From the NCBI GenBank assembly GCA_001790205.1, contig MGBU01000059.1, positions 1-38,351 on the forward strand: a DNA stretch of 38,351 nucleotides. The letters are read 5' to 3'. The translations under genes and the position numbers were made by a program. The notes beneath the pieces are model-generated. The model was given only the letters and a program-made list of their open reading frames with translations. It was not told the DNA's origin and made no database searches. Origin of the DNA: Candidatus Rokubacteria bacterium GWA2_73_35. Lineage in GTDB: Bacteria > Methylomirabilota > Methylomirabilia > Rokubacteriales > CSP1-6. Positions 1 through 13,359 of this stretch are shown here, one piece after another (position 1 is the stretch's first letter; every line of letters starts with the position of its first letter).

Positions 1-2
1 CT

Positions 3-100
3 GTGAACGAATCGCGGTGTCGAGGGGCGCCACGGCTGCGCCGGGGCGCTCCGAGCGTCGGGGGGTTTGGGGGGCGCCCGGAGCCCCCCATGAAGTCAGT
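3..100. repeat. Copy A of a GC-rich dispersed repeat, abutting and including the murJ stop codon
   Basis: Aligns by eye with 33190..33315. Shared blocks are gtgaa[c/g]gaatcgcg, tgtcgaggggcgccacggc (19/19), and ggggcgcccggagccccccatga[a/c]gtcagt (one mismatch). The tca at 96-98 is the murJ stop. The copy may extend past the window edge. Confidence 0.8.
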
Positions 101-1691
101 CCGGCCGGCCGCGGCGGGGCAGCATCTGTAGGAGTTCCGCGCGCTCGGGCGCGCGCAGGAGGGAGCTCGCCGTCCAGAAGATCGCCCCGCCGCCGGCGAT
201 CGCCGCGGCGAGCCACGCGGCGTCCACCCACGCGCGGACCGGCGGCGCCGGCCAGAGCGCCTGCACGAGCGCGCACCAGCCCGCGAGCGGCACCGCCGCG
301 GCCGCGGTCCGCGCGGCGCTCAGGAGCAGCGCCCGCCCGCCGAGCGGCCCGAGACGCCACCGCGCGGCCCAGAGCAGGCCGAGGAGATTGACGTACGCGC
401 CGAGGGAGGCGGCGCCGGCGAGCCCCGCGTGGCCGAGCGGCCCCATCAGGGTGAGCGCGGCGACGACGTTGGCGCCCACGGCCACGATCCCCCAGCGCAC
501 GGCGGTCCCGGCCTGGCCGAGCGCGTAGAAGGCCTGCGCGCTGATGCGCGCGCCCGCGAAGCCGGCGAGGCCCGCGGCGTACCAGGCGAGCGCGAGGGCG
601 GTCGCGGCGGCCTCCGCCGCGCCGAACCGGCCGCGCTGGAAGAGGACCCGGACGATCGGCTCGCGCAGGAGCACGAGGCCGACCGTCGCGGGCACCGCCA
701 CGTAGAGGGACAGGCGCAGCGCGAAGCCGAGCGTGGCCGCGAGGGCCCGCGGCTGGCCCGCGGCCGCCTGGCGGGCCATCAGCGGCAAGGACGCCGAGGC
801 GAGCGCGATCCCGAAGACGCCCAGCGGGAACTCCATCACCCGGTCCGCGTAGTAGAGGAACGAGATCGAGCCGGGCGGGAGCAGCGAGGCGAGCACCGTG
901 TTGACGAAGACCATCACCTGCACCGCGGCCAGGCCGAAGACCGCCGGCACGAGGAGCCGGCCGATGCGCGGGAGCGCCGGGTGGCGGAGCTCACCCGAGG
1001 GCGGGACGAGGAGCCCGAGCCGGCGCAGGTCCGGGAGCTGGACGAGGAGCTGGCCGACGCCGCCCGCGAGCACGCCGAGCGCGAGCGCCAGGATCGGCGG
1101 GTCCACGCGCGCGGCGAGCGCCAGCACGCCGGCGATCATCCCGACGTTCAGCACGGCCGGCCCGACCGCGCTCGCGAAGAAGCGGCCGTGGGCCTGGAGC
1201 GCGCCGGCCGCGAGCGCCGAGAGGCCGACGAGGACGAGGTACGGGAACATCACGCGGGTCAGGCGCACGGCGAGCGCGGCCTGGCCGGGCTCGCCGGCGA
1301 ACCCCGGGGCGATCGCGTCGAGGATCCACGGCGCGCCGAGGACGCCGAGGAGCGTCGTGAGCCCGAGCGCCACGAGCCCGAGCGCCAGGACCGCCCGCAG
1401 CATCCGGCGCGCGTCCGGCGCCGAGCGCGTCACGAAGTACTCGGTGAAGACGGGGATGATCGCGGTCGAGAGCGCCCCCTCGGCGAGGAGCCGCCGCAGG
1501 ATGTTCGGGATCCGGAAGGCGACGAAGAACGCATCGGTGGACGGGCCGGCCCCGAAGGCGCGCGCGACGAGCACGTCGCGCGCGAAGCCCAGCACGCGCG
1601 ACAGGAGGGTGGCGCTCCCGATCGAGCCGAGCGCGCGGACGACCTGCCGCTCGCCGGCGCTCACCTTGAAATCCCCGGACCGTTCCGGCAT
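96..1691 (-). CDS. murJ: Lipid II flippase MurJ (MviN family)
   Basis: 531-aa polytopic membrane ORF. The N-terminus (LGSIGSATLLSRVLGFARDVLVARAFGAG..TDAFFVAFRIPNILRRLLAEGALSTAIIPVF) is the characteristic MurJ signature. Confidence 0.9.
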   Translation of the reverse strand: MPERSGDFKVSAGERQVVRALGSIGSATLLSRVLGFARDVLVARAFGAGPSTDAFFVAFRIPNILRRLLAEGALSTAIIPVFTEYFVTRSAPDARRMLRAVLALGLVALGLTTLLGVLGAPWILDAIAPGFAGEPGQAALAVRLTRVMFPYLVLVGLSALAAGALQAHGRFFASAVGPAVLNVGMIAGVLALAARVDPPILALALGVLAGGVGQLLVQLPDLRRLGLLVPPSGELRHPALPRIGRLLVPAVFGLAAVQVMVFVNTVLASLLPPGSISFLYYADRVMEFPLGVFGIALASASLPLMARQAAAGQPRALAATLGFALRLSLYVAVPATVGLVLLREPIVRVLFQRGRFGAAEAAATALALAWYAAGLAGFAGARISAQAFYALGQAGTAVRWGIVAVGANVVAALTLMGPLGHAGLAGAASLGAYVNLLGLLWAARWRLGPLGGRALLLSAARTAAAAVPLAGWCALVQALWPAPPVRAWVDAAWLAAAIAGGGAIFWTASSLLRAPERAELLQMLPRRGRPD

Positions 1692-1723
1692 GATGCATCG
1701 GGTACGTCGAAAGGAGCGACCAG

Positions 1724-1975
1724 GTGGCCAACATCAAGTCGGCGATCAAACGGATCAGGCAGAACGAGAAGCGGCGGCTGCGCAACCGGGCCGTCCGCTC
1801 GAAGGCGCGCGGCGCGGTCAAGGCGGCCCGCGCGGCCGGCGCCGAGGCGCAGCCCGCGGCCGTGCGCGCGGCCATCCGCGTGCTCGACAAGGCCGTGACC
1901 AAGGGCGTCCTGCACAAGAACACCGCCGCCCGCCGGAAGTCCGCGCTCGCCCGCCTCGTCGGCGCTCACCGCTGA
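1724..1975 (+). CDS. rpsT: 30S ribosomal protein S20
   Basis: 83 aa starting MANIKSAIKRIRQNEKRRLRNR. GTG start with AAGGAG Shine-Dalgarno 7 nt upstream (1711-1716). Confidence 0.93.
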   Translation: MANIKSAIKRIRQNEKRRLRNRAVRSKARGAVKAARAAGAEAQPAAVRAAIRVLDKAVTKGVLHKNTAARRKSALARLVGAHR

Positions 1976-3312
1976 GCCCCCGCCCCGACCGATCGGATCA
2001 GCGCTGACGCCGCCCGCGTGACGAGCGCGCCGGCGTCCGGGCCGTACAGGCTCCCGCACGCGACGTACGCCACCCGCGGGTAGTCCTCCGCCGCGAGGAG
2101 ATAGCCGAGGTAGTCGTTCGAGTAGCCCGCGACGAACCCCCGCGCGCCGCTCGCGCGCGCCGCCTCCTTCACCTCGCGGCCGAGCCGCGTCTGGAGCTCT
2201 CCCGGCACGGTCACCCACGCGGCGCCGCCGAGCGCGCCGGCGACGAGCTCGGCGTCGCGCGGCAGCGCGCGGCCGAGCGGGAGCGTGAGCCCGCGCGGCA
2301 CCCAGCGCCCCAGGCAGTTCCGGACTGAGACGTAGGGCGCGGGCAGCGCGACGCGCGCCGTGCCGAGCGCGAGCGCCCGCACCGGGGCGGGCGCCGCGCG
2401 GCTGAAGGCCGCCTGGGCGGCGTCGGCCAGGGCGCGGCCGGCGGCGAGCGCCGCGGGCTGGCCGTGGCCGCGCGGGCTCACGTCGCCGGTGGCGCCGTTG
2501 ACGAAGAGCGCGGGGACGCGGAGCCGCCGCTCCAGCTCCTGCGAGGCGACGCCCATCACGTCGCCCGAGTACCGGAGGTTGCGCGGGCCGAGCATCGTCC
2601 CGTGGATCGCGTAACTCCAGACGAGGGCGATCGGGACGCCCGCGGGCGAGGCGAGCTTCAGCACGACGAGGTCCGGATCGACCGGCTGGCCGAGCCGGCC
2701 GCGGGTGAGCGGCGGCGCCTGCACGACCCGCACGCCCGCCCACGCGGCGACCTTTCCCGCGTCCGCCCGGCGCGCCGCCTCGGCGACGGCGTCGAGCAGC
2801 GCGCTCCGCACGGCCTCCTCGTACCGGTCCGTCGCCACGATCCCCATCAGCCCCGATTCGACGAACGCGCCGGGCCCCGAGTGGGTGTGGGACGCCGACA
2901 CGATGAGGGCGCCCGGCGGCACGCCGGCGGCCTCGAGCCGCCGCCGCGCCGCCGTGACGAACGCGCGGTCCACCGCGACCAGGTCCACCGCCACCCAGAC
3001 GAGCCGCGCCCGGCCGTCGTCGAGAACCAGGGCGCGCGCGCCGAGGGGGTCGAGCTCGCCCTCGTGCGGCTTGAACCAGAAGGCGTACGGGCGCAGGCCG
3101 AAGACGTCGGGGAAGAGCAGGCGGCGGCGGACGCTGCCGTACCCGGCGATCGGCGTGCCCGCCGGCACCCTGAAGGCCGCCCGCGCGGCGCCGGCCCGCA
3201 GGGATCCGGCGGGCGGCGCCACGCGCTTCGCCCCCGGGCCACCCTCGGCGGCGGCGGCCACGACGCTCCCGGCACAGAGGACGATCGCGAGCGCGACCGC
3301 CCGAGCGGTCAT
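1966..3312 (-). CDS. Secreted neutral/alkaline ceramidase-like hydrolase
   Basis: I use the internal ATG at 3312 (MTARAVALAIVLCAGSVVAAAAE, a signal peptide). Family-like motifs present: PIAGYG, ARALVLDDG, SASHTHSGPG. The ATG overlaps the holA TGA (ATGA). The upstream part of track ORF 1966..3801 is Arg/Pro-rich and overlaps holA, so I discard it. Confidence 0.6.
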   Translation of the reverse strand: MTARAVALAIVLCAGSVVAAAAEGGPGAKRVAPPAGSLRAGAARAAFRVPAGTPIAGYGSVRRRLLFPDVFGLRPYAFWFKPHEGELDPLGARALVLDDGRARLVWVAVDLVAVDRAFVTAARRRLEAAGVPPGALIVSASHTHSGPGAFVESGLMGIVATDRYEEAVRSALLDAVAEAARRADAGKVAAWAGVRVVQAPPLTRGRLGQPVDPDLVVLKLASPAGVPIALVWSYAIHGTMLGPRNLRYSGDVMGVASQELERRLRVPALFVNGATGDVSPRGHGQPAALAAGRALADAAQAAFSRAAPAPVRALALGTARVALPAPYVSVRNCLGRWVPRGLTLPLGRALPRDAELVAGALGGAAWVTVPGELQTRLGREVKEAARASGARGFVAGYSNDYLGYLLAAEDYPRVAYVACGSLYGPDAGALVTRAASALIRSVGAGAQR

Positions 3313-4247
3313 CGGGCGGCGCACAGCTCGGCGACGAGCGCGGTCAGCTCGGCGCGCGCCGGGCATCCCGACTTGAGCCGGTCCTCCACCTCCCAGCACC
3401 GCCTGAGCCGCCGCGCGAGCGCGGCCTCCGGCTCTCCGCCCGCGCCGCGCCCGACGGCCTCGACGACCGAGGGCGGGCGGTGCAGGGTGCGCGCGATCTG
3501 CTCGGTCGGCGCCCCGCGCGCCCGCAGCGCGGCGACGCTCCAGGCCGTGCGCGTCTCGCCGGTGAGGAGCGCGAGCAGGCGCAGCGGCTCCTCGGTGGCG
3601 AGGAGCCGGTCGAGCGTGCGCAGCGCCCCGCCGGCGTCCCGCCGGGCGACCGCGCGCGTGAGGTCGAACACGCCGGCGAGGCGCTGCTCCCCGACGACTG
3701 CGGTCACCTCGCGGACGCCGACCGCCCGGGCGTCGGGCCCGGCCGCGAGCGCGGCCTTCCGGGCCTCGCCGAGCAGGCGCGCGGCGTCGTCGCCGACCCA
3801 CTCGACCAGCAGGCGCGCGGCCTCCTCGGAGACCGTGAGCCCCTCCGCCGCCGCGCGCTGGCGGAGCCAGCCCTCGAGCGTGCGCCCCTCGCGCGCCGCC
3901 AGCGCGACGCGCGCGGCCCCGGGGACCACGCCGAGGAGCCAGTGATCCGCGCGCCGCTCGCGCCCCGCGGCGAGGCCCTCCTCCGAGACGAGCACGAGAC
4001 GGGTGGCCGGGTTCGGGTCGCGCACGTACGCCGCGAGCCGGTCGGCGTCGCGCGCCGGCAGCGCGTGACAGCGCCGGACGACGACGAGGCGCGTGGGCGT
4101 CATGAACGGCAGCGTCTGCGCGGCCTGGACGATCGCGTCGACCTGGGCCACCTCGCCGTCGAACACCTCGCGCCCCGCGGCGCGCGTGCCCGGGTCGGGC
4201 AGGAGCCGGCGCGCCACGGCCGCGAGCGCGTCGTCGAGGAGCTGCAC
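3309..4247 (-). CDS. holA: DNA polymerase III delta subunit (HolA)
   Basis: HolA-like sequence in the conserved leuS-lptE-holA order. Coordinates follow the longest GTG-initiated ORF. The frame stays open and HolA-like upstream (..IPPVVLLHGPD) to about 4322, so the true start is probably further upstream (see finding). Confidence 0.8.
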   Translation of the reverse strand: MQLLDDALAAVARRLLPDPGTRAAGREVFDGEVAQVDAIVQAAQTLPFMTPTRLVVVRRCHALPARDADRLAAYVRDPNPATRLVLVSEEGLAAGRERRADHWLLGVVPGAARVALAAREGRTLEGWLRQRAAAEGLTVSEEAARLLVEWVGDDAARLLGEARKAALAAGPDARAVGVREVTAVVGEQRLAGVFDLTRAVARRDAGGALRTLDRLLATEEPLRLLALLTGETRTAWSVAALRARGAPTEQIARTLHRPPSVVEAVGRGAGGEPEAALARRLRRCWEVEDRLKSGCPARAELTALVAELCAAR

Positions 4248-4324
4248 GTCGGGCCCGTGGAGGAGGACGACCGGCGGGATCTCGCCCTGCTCGATCCGCG
4301 AGAGGAAGCTCGCGTAGTCCAGCG

Positions 4325-4827
4325 CTAGAACCGCTCGACCGCCAGGCTCACGATCGCCCGGGCGATGTCCACCGCCGCGGCGCCGAGCGCCGACTCCTCA
4401 CGGGCGATGGTCTGCGAGGCGGCGCCGACGACGCGGAAGTCGGCGCGCTCCTGGAGGCGCGACTCCTCGAAGAGGACCTCGTTGCGACGGGTGTCGCGGA
4501 AGCGCAGGTTGAGCGTCACGACCAGCCGGTACTGGCGCACGCTGGCCTGCGCGTCGAAGGCGAGCGCCTGGACCTCGTAGCCGATCACCTCGCCCTCGAG
4601 CACCGCGTCGGCCTCCTCGGGCCGGACGACGCGCAGCCGGCCGTTGGTCGAGAACGCTTCGACGACGGCGCGGGTCAGGAGGTTCTCGACGCCGGGCTCG
4701 GGGGTGCGGTTGGCGAAGACCGGGACCGCGACGGTCCGGATGTGGTCCGGGAGCGTGCCCCGGAACGCATAGCCGCACCCCGCCGCGAGGAGTGCCACGC
4801 CGAGCGCGAGCGCGAGGGGCCGCCGTC

Positions 4828-4831
<4 letters not shown>
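4325..4831 (-). CDS. lptE: LPS-assembly lipoprotein LptE
   Basis: GTG at 4831 overlaps the leuS TGA (GTGA). Lipobox LLAAG|C in VRRRPLALALGVALLAAGCGYAF. 168 aa, positioned between leuS and holA as in E. coli. The rest of the 640-aa track ORF is out-of-frame leuS sequence. Confidence 0.8.
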
Positions 4832-7566
<2,735 letters not shown>

Positions 7567-7669
7567 AATTGGGCTAGAGTTTTACATACTTAGGGGCCAC
7601 AGACAAGAAGTGCCACGAGACATCGGGAGAGGGCGGCGCCCCGAGGGCCGCCCGCCCCCTCCCGCCGGG

Positions 7670-7924
7670 CTACTGCCTGGTCACGCCGAGCGCCTCGAGG
7701 CCCTCGTTCGCGGTCTTCACGGAGTCCGCGTGCTTCCCCTGCTTGTGGAGCGCCTCGGCCTGGTCGAGCTTGGCCCGGGCGCCCTTCACCTTGGCGTCGT
7801 TCGCGTCCATCTTCGCCGCGGCCTCCCGGCCCTGCTTGATCAGCTTCGGGCACTGAGAGGCGTACGCCGCGCCGGCGCCCAGCACGAGCGCCGCCGCCAC
7901 CACCGCCGCAGTCAGCTTCTTCAT
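7670..7924 (-). CDS. Small secreted hypothetical protein
   Basis: Starts MKKLTAAVVAAALVLGAGAAYA|SQ (signal peptide), with GGGGGTGAGAGG just upstream of the ATG at 7924. The mature part is Lys/Ala-rich and looks helical. No family recognised. Confidence 0.5.
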   Translation of the reverse strand: MKKLTAAVVAAALVLGAGAAYASQCPKLIKQGREAAAKMDANDAKVKGARAKLDQAEALHKQGKHADSVKTANEGLEALGVTRQ

Positions 7925-7962
7925 CCTCTCACCCCCTCGCCGAGCCATGGAGGCTCCCCCAG

Positions 7963-9792
7963 CTAACCGTCGGCGGGCGGCGCCGGTTCCACGGGCGCGG
8001 GGTGGAAGTGGGCGAAGATCCGCTGCGCCAGCTTCGGGGTGACCCTGGGCACCGCGGCCAGCTCGGCCACCGACGACTCGCGGACCCGCCGCGCCGAGCC
8101 GAGCGTCCGGAGCAGGCTCGTGCGGAGCGTCGGCCCGACCCCGGGAATCGCGTCGAGCTCGGACCGGAGGGTGCGCCGGGCGCGGAGCTTCTTGTGGTAG
8201 GTGATCGCGAAGCGGTGGGCCTCGTCGCGGATCCTCATGAGCGTGTGGAGCGCGGGCGAGGTCCGGTCGAGGACGAGCGGGTGCAGGCTCTCGCCCACGT
8301 AGACCTCCTCCTCACGCTTGGCGAGCGCGGCGACGGGGACCCAGTCGAGGCCGAGGTCGCCGAGCGCCTTGAGCCCGGCGTTGAGCTGGCCCCGTCCGCC
8401 GTCGATGAGGACGAGGTCCGGCAGCACGTCGCCGTGCTCGAGCGCCCGGGCGAAGCGCCGCCCGAGGACCTCCCGCAGGGCCGCGAAGTCGTCCGCGCCC
8501 GCGACGGTGCGGATGCGGAAGCGCTTGTAGTCGTCCTTCTTCATGCCGCCGTTCTCCCAGACGACCAGCGAGCCCACCTGCTCCGTGCCCTGGATGTTCG
8601 AGATGTCGTAGCCCTCGATCCGGTTCGGGGGCCCGGGCAGGCTGAGTGCCTGCGCCAGCTCCTCGAGCACGAGCTGCTGGCGATCGTCGCGCGAGAGCAG
8701 GTGGCTCTGGAGCGCGAGCGCCGCGTTCTCCTCGGCCATCGCGACGAACTGCCGGCGGGCGCCCCGCTGGGGGGCCGTGAGCTGGACGCGGCGCCCGGCG
8801 AGGCCCGTGAGCCACTCGGCGACCAGCTCGGCCTCGGGGATCGGCTCGGAGACGAGGATCTCCGGCGCGGGCGCGACCGCCTTGCCGTAGAACTGGCGCA
8901 CGAACGCCGACAGGATCTCGCCGTCGGACCAGCCGGCGACCTTGTCGAGGAAGAAGGGCTCCTGCCCGACGAGCCGGCCGCGGCGGACGAAGAACAGCTC
9001 GACGCAGGCGTCGCTCCCCTGCCGCACGACGCCGATCACGTCCTGGTCCAGCTCCTCGGTCGAGATGATCTTCTGGCGCTCCCGCACCTTGTTGAGCGAC
9101 TGGATCTGGTCGCGGAGCACCGCGGCGCGCTCGAACTTCAACTCGCCGGCGGCGGCCTCCATCTCCCTGGTCAGCGTCAGCGCGAGGTCCTCGTCCTTGC
9201 CCTCGAGGAATCGCCTGACGTCACGGACGGTCTTCGCGTAGCCCTCCCGGGTCTCCCAGCCGGTGCAGGGTGCGTTGCAGCGGTGGATGGCGTGCTGGAT
9301 GCACGGCCGCTCGAGGCGCCCGTCGATCGGGATCGAGCAGGTGCGCAGCGGGAAGAGCTGCCGGGCCAGGCGCAGCGTCTCGCGCATCGCCGTCGCGGGG
9401 TAGAACGGGCCGTAGTAGGTCGCGCCGTCGTCCTGGACGCGCCGCGCGACGACCAGCCGTGGGAACTCCTCGTCGGTCGTGAGCTTGAGGAACGGATAGT
9501 GCTTGTCGTCGCGCAGGATGATGTTGTAGCGGGGGCGGTGCCGGCGCACGAGGTTCGCCTCGAGCATGAGCGCCTCGAGCTCGTTGTCGGTCACCACGTA
9601 CTCGAGGTCGCGGATCTGCCGGACGAGCGCGTCGGTCTTGGGGTCCCGCGGGCGCGAGTCCTGGAAGTACGAGCGCACGCGGGTCCGGAGCGACGCGGCC
9701 TTGCCCACGTAGAGGACCTGCCGCTTGGCGTCGCGGTACAGGTAGACGCCGGGGCGGTCCGGCACGCGCGCGAGCTTCTCCGCGAGCGTCAT
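7963..9792 (-). CDS. uvrC: Excinuclease ABC subunit C
   Basis: 609 aa. GIY-YIG N-terminus ([15 protein letters not shown]) and C-terminal HhH region. The ATG overlaps the uvrB TGA (ATGA). Confidence 0.95.
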   Translation of the reverse strand: MTLAEKLARVPDRPGVYLYRDAKRQVLYVGKAASLRTRVRSYFQDSRPRDPKTDALVRQIRDLEYVVTDNELEALMLEANLVRRHRPRYNIILRDDKHYPFLKLTTDEEFPRLVVARRVQDDGATYYGPFYPATAMRETLRLARQLFPLRTCSIPIDGRLERPCIQHAIHRCNAPCTGWETREGYAKTVRDVRRFLEGKDEDLALTLTREMEAAAGELKFERAAVLRDQIQSLNKVRERQKIISTEELDQDVIGVVRQGSDACVELFFVRRGRLVGQEPFFLDKVAGWSDGEILSAFVRQFYGKAVAPAPEILVSEPIPEAELVAEWLTGLAGRRVQLTAPQRGARRQFVAMAEENAALALQSHLLSRDDRQQLVLEELAQALSLPGPPNRIEGYDISNIQGTEQVGSLVVWENGGMKKDDYKRFRIRTVAGADDFAALREVLGRRFARALEHGDVLPDLVLIDGGRGQLNAGLKALGDLGLDWVPVAALAKREEEVYVGESLHPLVLDRTSPALHTLMRIRDEAHRFAITYHKKLRARRTLRSELDAIPGVGPTLRTSLLRTLGSARRVRESSVAELAAVPRVTPKLAQRIFAHFHPAPVEPAPPADG

Positions 9793-11771
9793 GCGAGCTG
9801 CCGCTTGCGGAGCGACCGGATCCGGTCGCGCAGCTCGGCCGCCTGCTCGAAGTCGAGCCGCCGCGCGGCCTCGCGCATCCGCCCCTCGAGCTCGCCGATA
9901 CGCCGGGCGAGCGCCGCGGGCGAGTCGAAGGTCTCGGCCGGCGCCTCCTCCACCGGCACCGTGTAGTAGTCGCGCTCGTACACCGTCTGGAGCAGCTCGC
10001 GGATGCTCGAGCGGATCGTCTCGGGCGTGATGCCGTGCTCGCGGTTGTACGCGGCCTGCAGCTCGCGCCGGCGCTCCGTCTCGCCGATGGCCGCGGCCAT
10101 CGAGTCGGTCACGCGGTCGGCGTACATGATCACTTGGCCGTTGACGTTGCGCGCGGCGCGGCCGGCGGTCTGGATCAGCGAGGTGGACGACCGGAGGTAG
10201 CCTTCCTTGTCCGCGTCCAGGATCGCGACGAGCGCGACCTCCGGGAGGTCGAGCCCCTCCCGGAGCAGGTTGATGCCGATCAGGCAGTCGAACTTGCCGA
10301 GCCGGAGGTCGCGGATGATCGCCACGCGGTCGAGCGTGTCGATGTCCGAGTGCAGATACCGCACGCGGAGCCCGACCTGCTGGTAGTACTCGGTGAGGTC
10401 CTCGGCCATGCGCTTGGTGAGCGTCGTCACGAGCACGCGCTCCTCGCGCTCGGCGCGCGCCCGGACCTCGGCGAGCAGGTCGTCCACCTGCTCCTTCGCG
10501 GGCCGCACGCTAATCTTCGGGTCCGTGAGGCCGGTGGGACGGATCACCTGCTCGGCGACGGCGTCGCCGGCCAGCCCCAGCTCGTACTCGCTCGGCGTCG
10601 CCGAGACGTAGACCGTCTGGCCCGTCGCGCGCGTGAACTCCTCGAAGGTCAGCGGCCGGTTGTCGAAGGCCGAGGGCATCCGGAAGCCATACTCGACCAG
10701 CGCCTCCTTGCGCGAGCGGTCGCCGTAGTACATGCCGCGGATCTGGGGCACCGCGACGTGACTCTCGTCGATGACGATCAGCGCGTCCTTCGGCAGGTAG
10801 TCGATGAGCGTCGGTGGCGGCTCGCCCGGCCGGCGACCCGTGAGGTGGCGCGAGTAGTTCTCGATCCCGTGGCAGAAGCCGAGCTCGCGGAGCATCTCCA
10901 TGTCGAAGAGCGTACGCTGCTCGAGCCGCTGGGCCTCGAGGAGGCGGGTGCGCTGGCGGAGGAACCGGAGCCGGTCCTCCAGCTCCTCCTGGATCGTCGC
11001 GAGCGCGCGCTCCAGCTGCCCCGCCTCGGTGACGTAGTGGCTCGCCGGGTAGATGTGGACCCGCTCGACGCGCTCGATCGGCGCGCCCCGGAGAGGGTCG
11101 ATCCGCGACATCGCGTCGACGACATCGCCGAACAGCTCCACCCGGAGGGCGACCGTCTCCTCGTTCGCCGGGAAGATCTCGACCACGTCGCCGCGGACCC
11201 GGAACGTGCCGCGGTGGAAGTCGTAGTCGTTCCGCTCGTACTGCACCGCGATCAGCCGGCGGATGATCTCGTCGCGGTCGATCCGGTCGCCCTGCGCGAG
11301 CTCCAGGTGGAGTCCCTGATAGGTGTCGGGCTCGCCGATGCCGTAGATGCACGAGACCGAGGCGACCACGAGCACGTCGCGACGCTCCAGCAGCGACTTC
11401 GTCGCCGAGTGGCGCATCCGGTCGATCTCGTCGTTCACGAGCGCGTCCTTCTCGATGTACGTGTCGGACTGCGGGATGTACGCCTCGGGCTGGTAGTAGT
11501 CGTAGTACGAGACGAAGTACTCGACCGCGTGGCCGGGGAAGAACGCCTTGAACTCGCCGAAGAGCTGCGCGGCGAGCGTCTTGTTCGGCGAGATGACCAG
11601 CGTCGGACGGCCCGCCTCGGCCACCACGTTGGCGATCGAGTAGGTCTTGCCGGAGCCGGTCACGCCGCGCAGCACCATGTGGCGCCGGCCGTCGCGGACG
11701 AAGCGGGCGAGCGCGGCGATGGCCTGCGGCTGGTCGCCGCGGGGCGCGTACTCCGAGGAGAGCCGGAACAC
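9789..11771 (-). CDS. uvrB: Excinuclease ABC subunit B
   Basis: I use the in-frame GTG at 11771, giving 660 aa beginning (M)[17 protein letters not shown], the canonical UvrB N-terminus. Walker A GSGKT and helicase motifs are present. The longer ATG at 11966 would overlap the HNH gene with an Arg/Pro-rich extension. Confidence 0.9.
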   Translation of the reverse strand: MFRLSSEYAPRGDQPQAIAALARFVRDGRRHMVLRGVTGSGKTYSIANVVAEAGRPTLVISPNKTLAAQLFGEFKAFFPGHAVEYFVSYYDYYQPEAYIPQSDTYIEKDALVNDEIDRMRHSATKSLLERRDVLVVASVSCIYGIGEPDTYQGLHLELAQGDRIDRDEIIRRLIAVQYERNDYDFHRGTFRVRGDVVEIFPANEETVALRVELFGDVVDAMSRIDPLRGAPIERVERVHIYPASHYVTEAGQLERALATIQEELEDRLRFLRQRTRLLEAQRLEQRTLFDMEMLRELGFCHGIENYSRHLTGRRPGEPPPTLIDYLPKDALIVIDESHVAVPQIRGMYYGDRSRKEALVEYGFRMPSAFDNRPLTFEEFTRATGQTVYVSATPSEYELGLAGDAVAEQVIRPTGLTDPKISVRPAKEQVDDLLAEVRARAEREERVLVTTLTKRMAEDLTEYYQQVGLRVRYLHSDIDTLDRVAIIRDLRLGKFDCLIGINLLREGLDLPEVALVAILDADKEGYLRSSTSLIQTAGRAARNVNGQVIMYADRVTDSMAAAIGETERRRELQAAYNREHGITPETIRSSIRELLQTVYERDYYTVPVEEAPAETFDSPAALARRIGELEGRMREAARRLDFEQAAELRDRIRSLRKRQLA

Positions 11772-11785
11772 GGCTCGGGGCGGCG

Positions 11786-12316
11786 TCAGGACGGGGTCGG
11801 GACCGCGATCAGGTACTTGCGCCAGGAGTCCAGCAGCGAGCTCGCGTGCGGGTGGCGGAGCATGTGCGTGGAGAAGACGAACTTCGGGTGCACCGGCTCG
11901 CGGATCAGGCGCATCCCGACCTCGTCCGGCAGCCGGCTGCCCTTCCTGAGGTTGCAGCGCAGGCACGCGGCGACGACGTTGACCCAGGTCGTCTCCCCGC
12001 CGCGCGAGCGCGGCACGACGTGGTCCACCGTGAGCCGCTCGCCGCGCCGGTTGCAGTACTGGCAGGTGTAGCCGTCGCGGCGCAGGATGTTCTTCTTGTT
12101 GAACGCGACCCGGTCGAGGAACGGCTTGCGGATGTAGATCGCCAGGCGGATCACGGCGGGGAGCGCGAACGTCACCGACGGCGACCGCACCACACGCGGG
12201 GAGGCCTCGACGGCTTCGGCCTTGCCGGCGAGGAGGAGCGTGATGGCGCGGCGGGCGTTGGTGAAATGCAACGGCTCAAAGGTGTAATTGAGCACCAGTA
12301 CCGCGATCTCATCCAT
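11786..12316 (-). CDS. HNH endonuclease family protein
   Basis: 176 aa containing [42 protein letters not shown] (an HNH/zinc motif with paired Cys). Confidence 0.8.
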   Translation of the reverse strand: MDEIAVLVLNYTFEPLHFTNARRAITLLLAGKAEAVEASPRVVRSPSVTFALPAVIRLAIYIRKPFLDRVAFNKKNILRRDGYTCQYCNRRGERLTVDHVVPRSRGGETTWVNVVAACLRCNLRKGSRLPDEVGMRLIREPVHPKFVFSTHMLRHPHASSLLDSWRKYLIAVPTPS

Positions 12317-12352
12317 CTCGCATAGCTAGCATAGACGGCGGCCCGCGGGGTG

Positions 12353-13297
12353 TCAAATGACGGGCGGGCCGGCGCCGGCCCCGAGCGCGTCCAGCAGGAT
12401 CCCCTCGCGCAGCCCCCAGTCGCTGACGGTGAGCGCCGGGGCGTCGAGGCACTCGAGCGTGGCCTGGACGATCGCGACGCCCGGGACGATCAGGTCGGCG
12501 CGCCCCGGCGGGAGGCACGGCAGCGCGCCGCGGTCGGCGAGCGGCAGCGCCCCGAGCCGCCGGAGCTGCGCGTCGATCGCCGCGCGCTCCAGGCGGTGGC
12601 CCTGGACCCGCGCCGCGTCGTAGCGCGCGAGCCCGAGGTCGAGCGCCGCGAGGGTCGTCACCGTGCCGGCCGTGCCGACGAGGGGGGCGCCCCGCGCGGC
12701 GCGGATCGCCGTCGGCAGCTCGCGCGCGAGCCGGTCACGGACCTCGGCGCGGAGCTCGGCGTAGCGCGCGAAGTCCACGGCCTCGGGGAAGGCGAAGCGC
12801 TCGGCGAGCGGGACGACGCCGAGGCGGAGACTCGCGACCGCGCGGACGCGCGCGCCCTCGGCGAGGATGTACTCGGTGCTGCCGCCCCCGACGTCGAACA
12901 CCACGAGCGGACCGGCGGGGTCGCCGAGCCCCCGGCGGACGCCCAGGAGCGTGAGCCGCGCCTCCTCCTCCCCGCTGACGACCTCGAGCGCCACACCCGT
13001 CGCCCGCCGGACGGCGCTCGCGACGGCGCGCCCGTTGGCCGCCTCGCGGACCGCGCTCGTCGCGACGATCCGCACCCGGGTGGCCCCCTGACGTCGGCCG
13101 CGCTCGGCGTAGGCCCGCACCACCTCGAGGGTCCGGGCGATCGGCGCCGCGCCGAGCGCGCCGGTGGTCGCGAGCCCCTCGGCCAGGCGCGTCACCGCCT
13201 GCGCCTCGTCGGCGACGCGCCAGGGGTCGGGCCCGGCCACGTCGGCGACCAGGAGGCGCACCGTGTTGCTCCCCACGTCGATCGTCGCGATCCGCAT
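12353..13297 (-). CDS. Ppx/GppA family phosphatase
   Basis: Internal ATG at 13297 gives MRIATIDVGSNTVRLLVADV, followed by DVGGGSTE, the ASKHA-fold Ppx/GppA motifs. 314 aa. Confidence 0.85.
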   Translation of the reverse strand: MRIATIDVGSNTVRLLVADVAGPDPWRVADEAQAVTRLAEGLATTGALGAAPIARTLEVVRAYAERGRRQGATRVRIVATSAVREAANGRAVASAVRRATGVALEVVSGEEEARLTLLGVRRGLGDPAGPLVVFDVGGGSTEYILAEGARVRAVASLRLGVVPLAERFAFPEAVDFARYAELRAEVRDRLARELPTAIRAARGAPLVGTAGTVTTLAALDLGLARYDAARVQGHRLERAAIDAQLRRLGALPLADRGALPCLPPGRADLIVPGVAIVQATLECLDAPALTVSDWGLREGILLDALGAGAGPPVI

Positions 13298-13306
13298 GTC
13301 GACAGC

Positions 13307-13336
13307 AAAACGCCCCGCCGGCGAGCCGGCGGGGCG
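13307..13336 (-). terminator. Candidate intrinsic terminator after the cytochrome c gene
   Basis: On the minus strand: CGCCCCGCCGG-CUCG-CCGGCGGGGCG, an 11-bp perfect stem, followed by UUUU. It lies between the cytochrome c stop (13360) and the ppx start (13297). Confidence 0.5.
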
Positions 13337-13359
13337 GGGCGAGGAGGCGCCGCCTCGCG

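Noticed and set aside
429-2007. Plus-strand ORFs of 489 aa and 369 aa overlapping murJ and rpsT
   Set aside because: They are antisense or out of frame to a clearly recognisable MurJ. The composition (R/E/G/A/P runs) is typical of non-coding frames in GC-rich genomes.
11772-11966. Longer ATG start for uvrB (725 aa)
   Set aside because: The extension is Pro/Arg/Ala-rich and overlaps the 3' end of the HNH gene. It also precedes the canonical UvrB N-terminus, which begins right at the in-frame GTG at 11771.
11786-12316. HNH endonuclease as part of a restriction or defence system next to uvrB
   Set aside because: There is no neighbouring methyltransferase, ATPase or other defence component. It is a stand-alone small HNH protein flanked by housekeeping genes.
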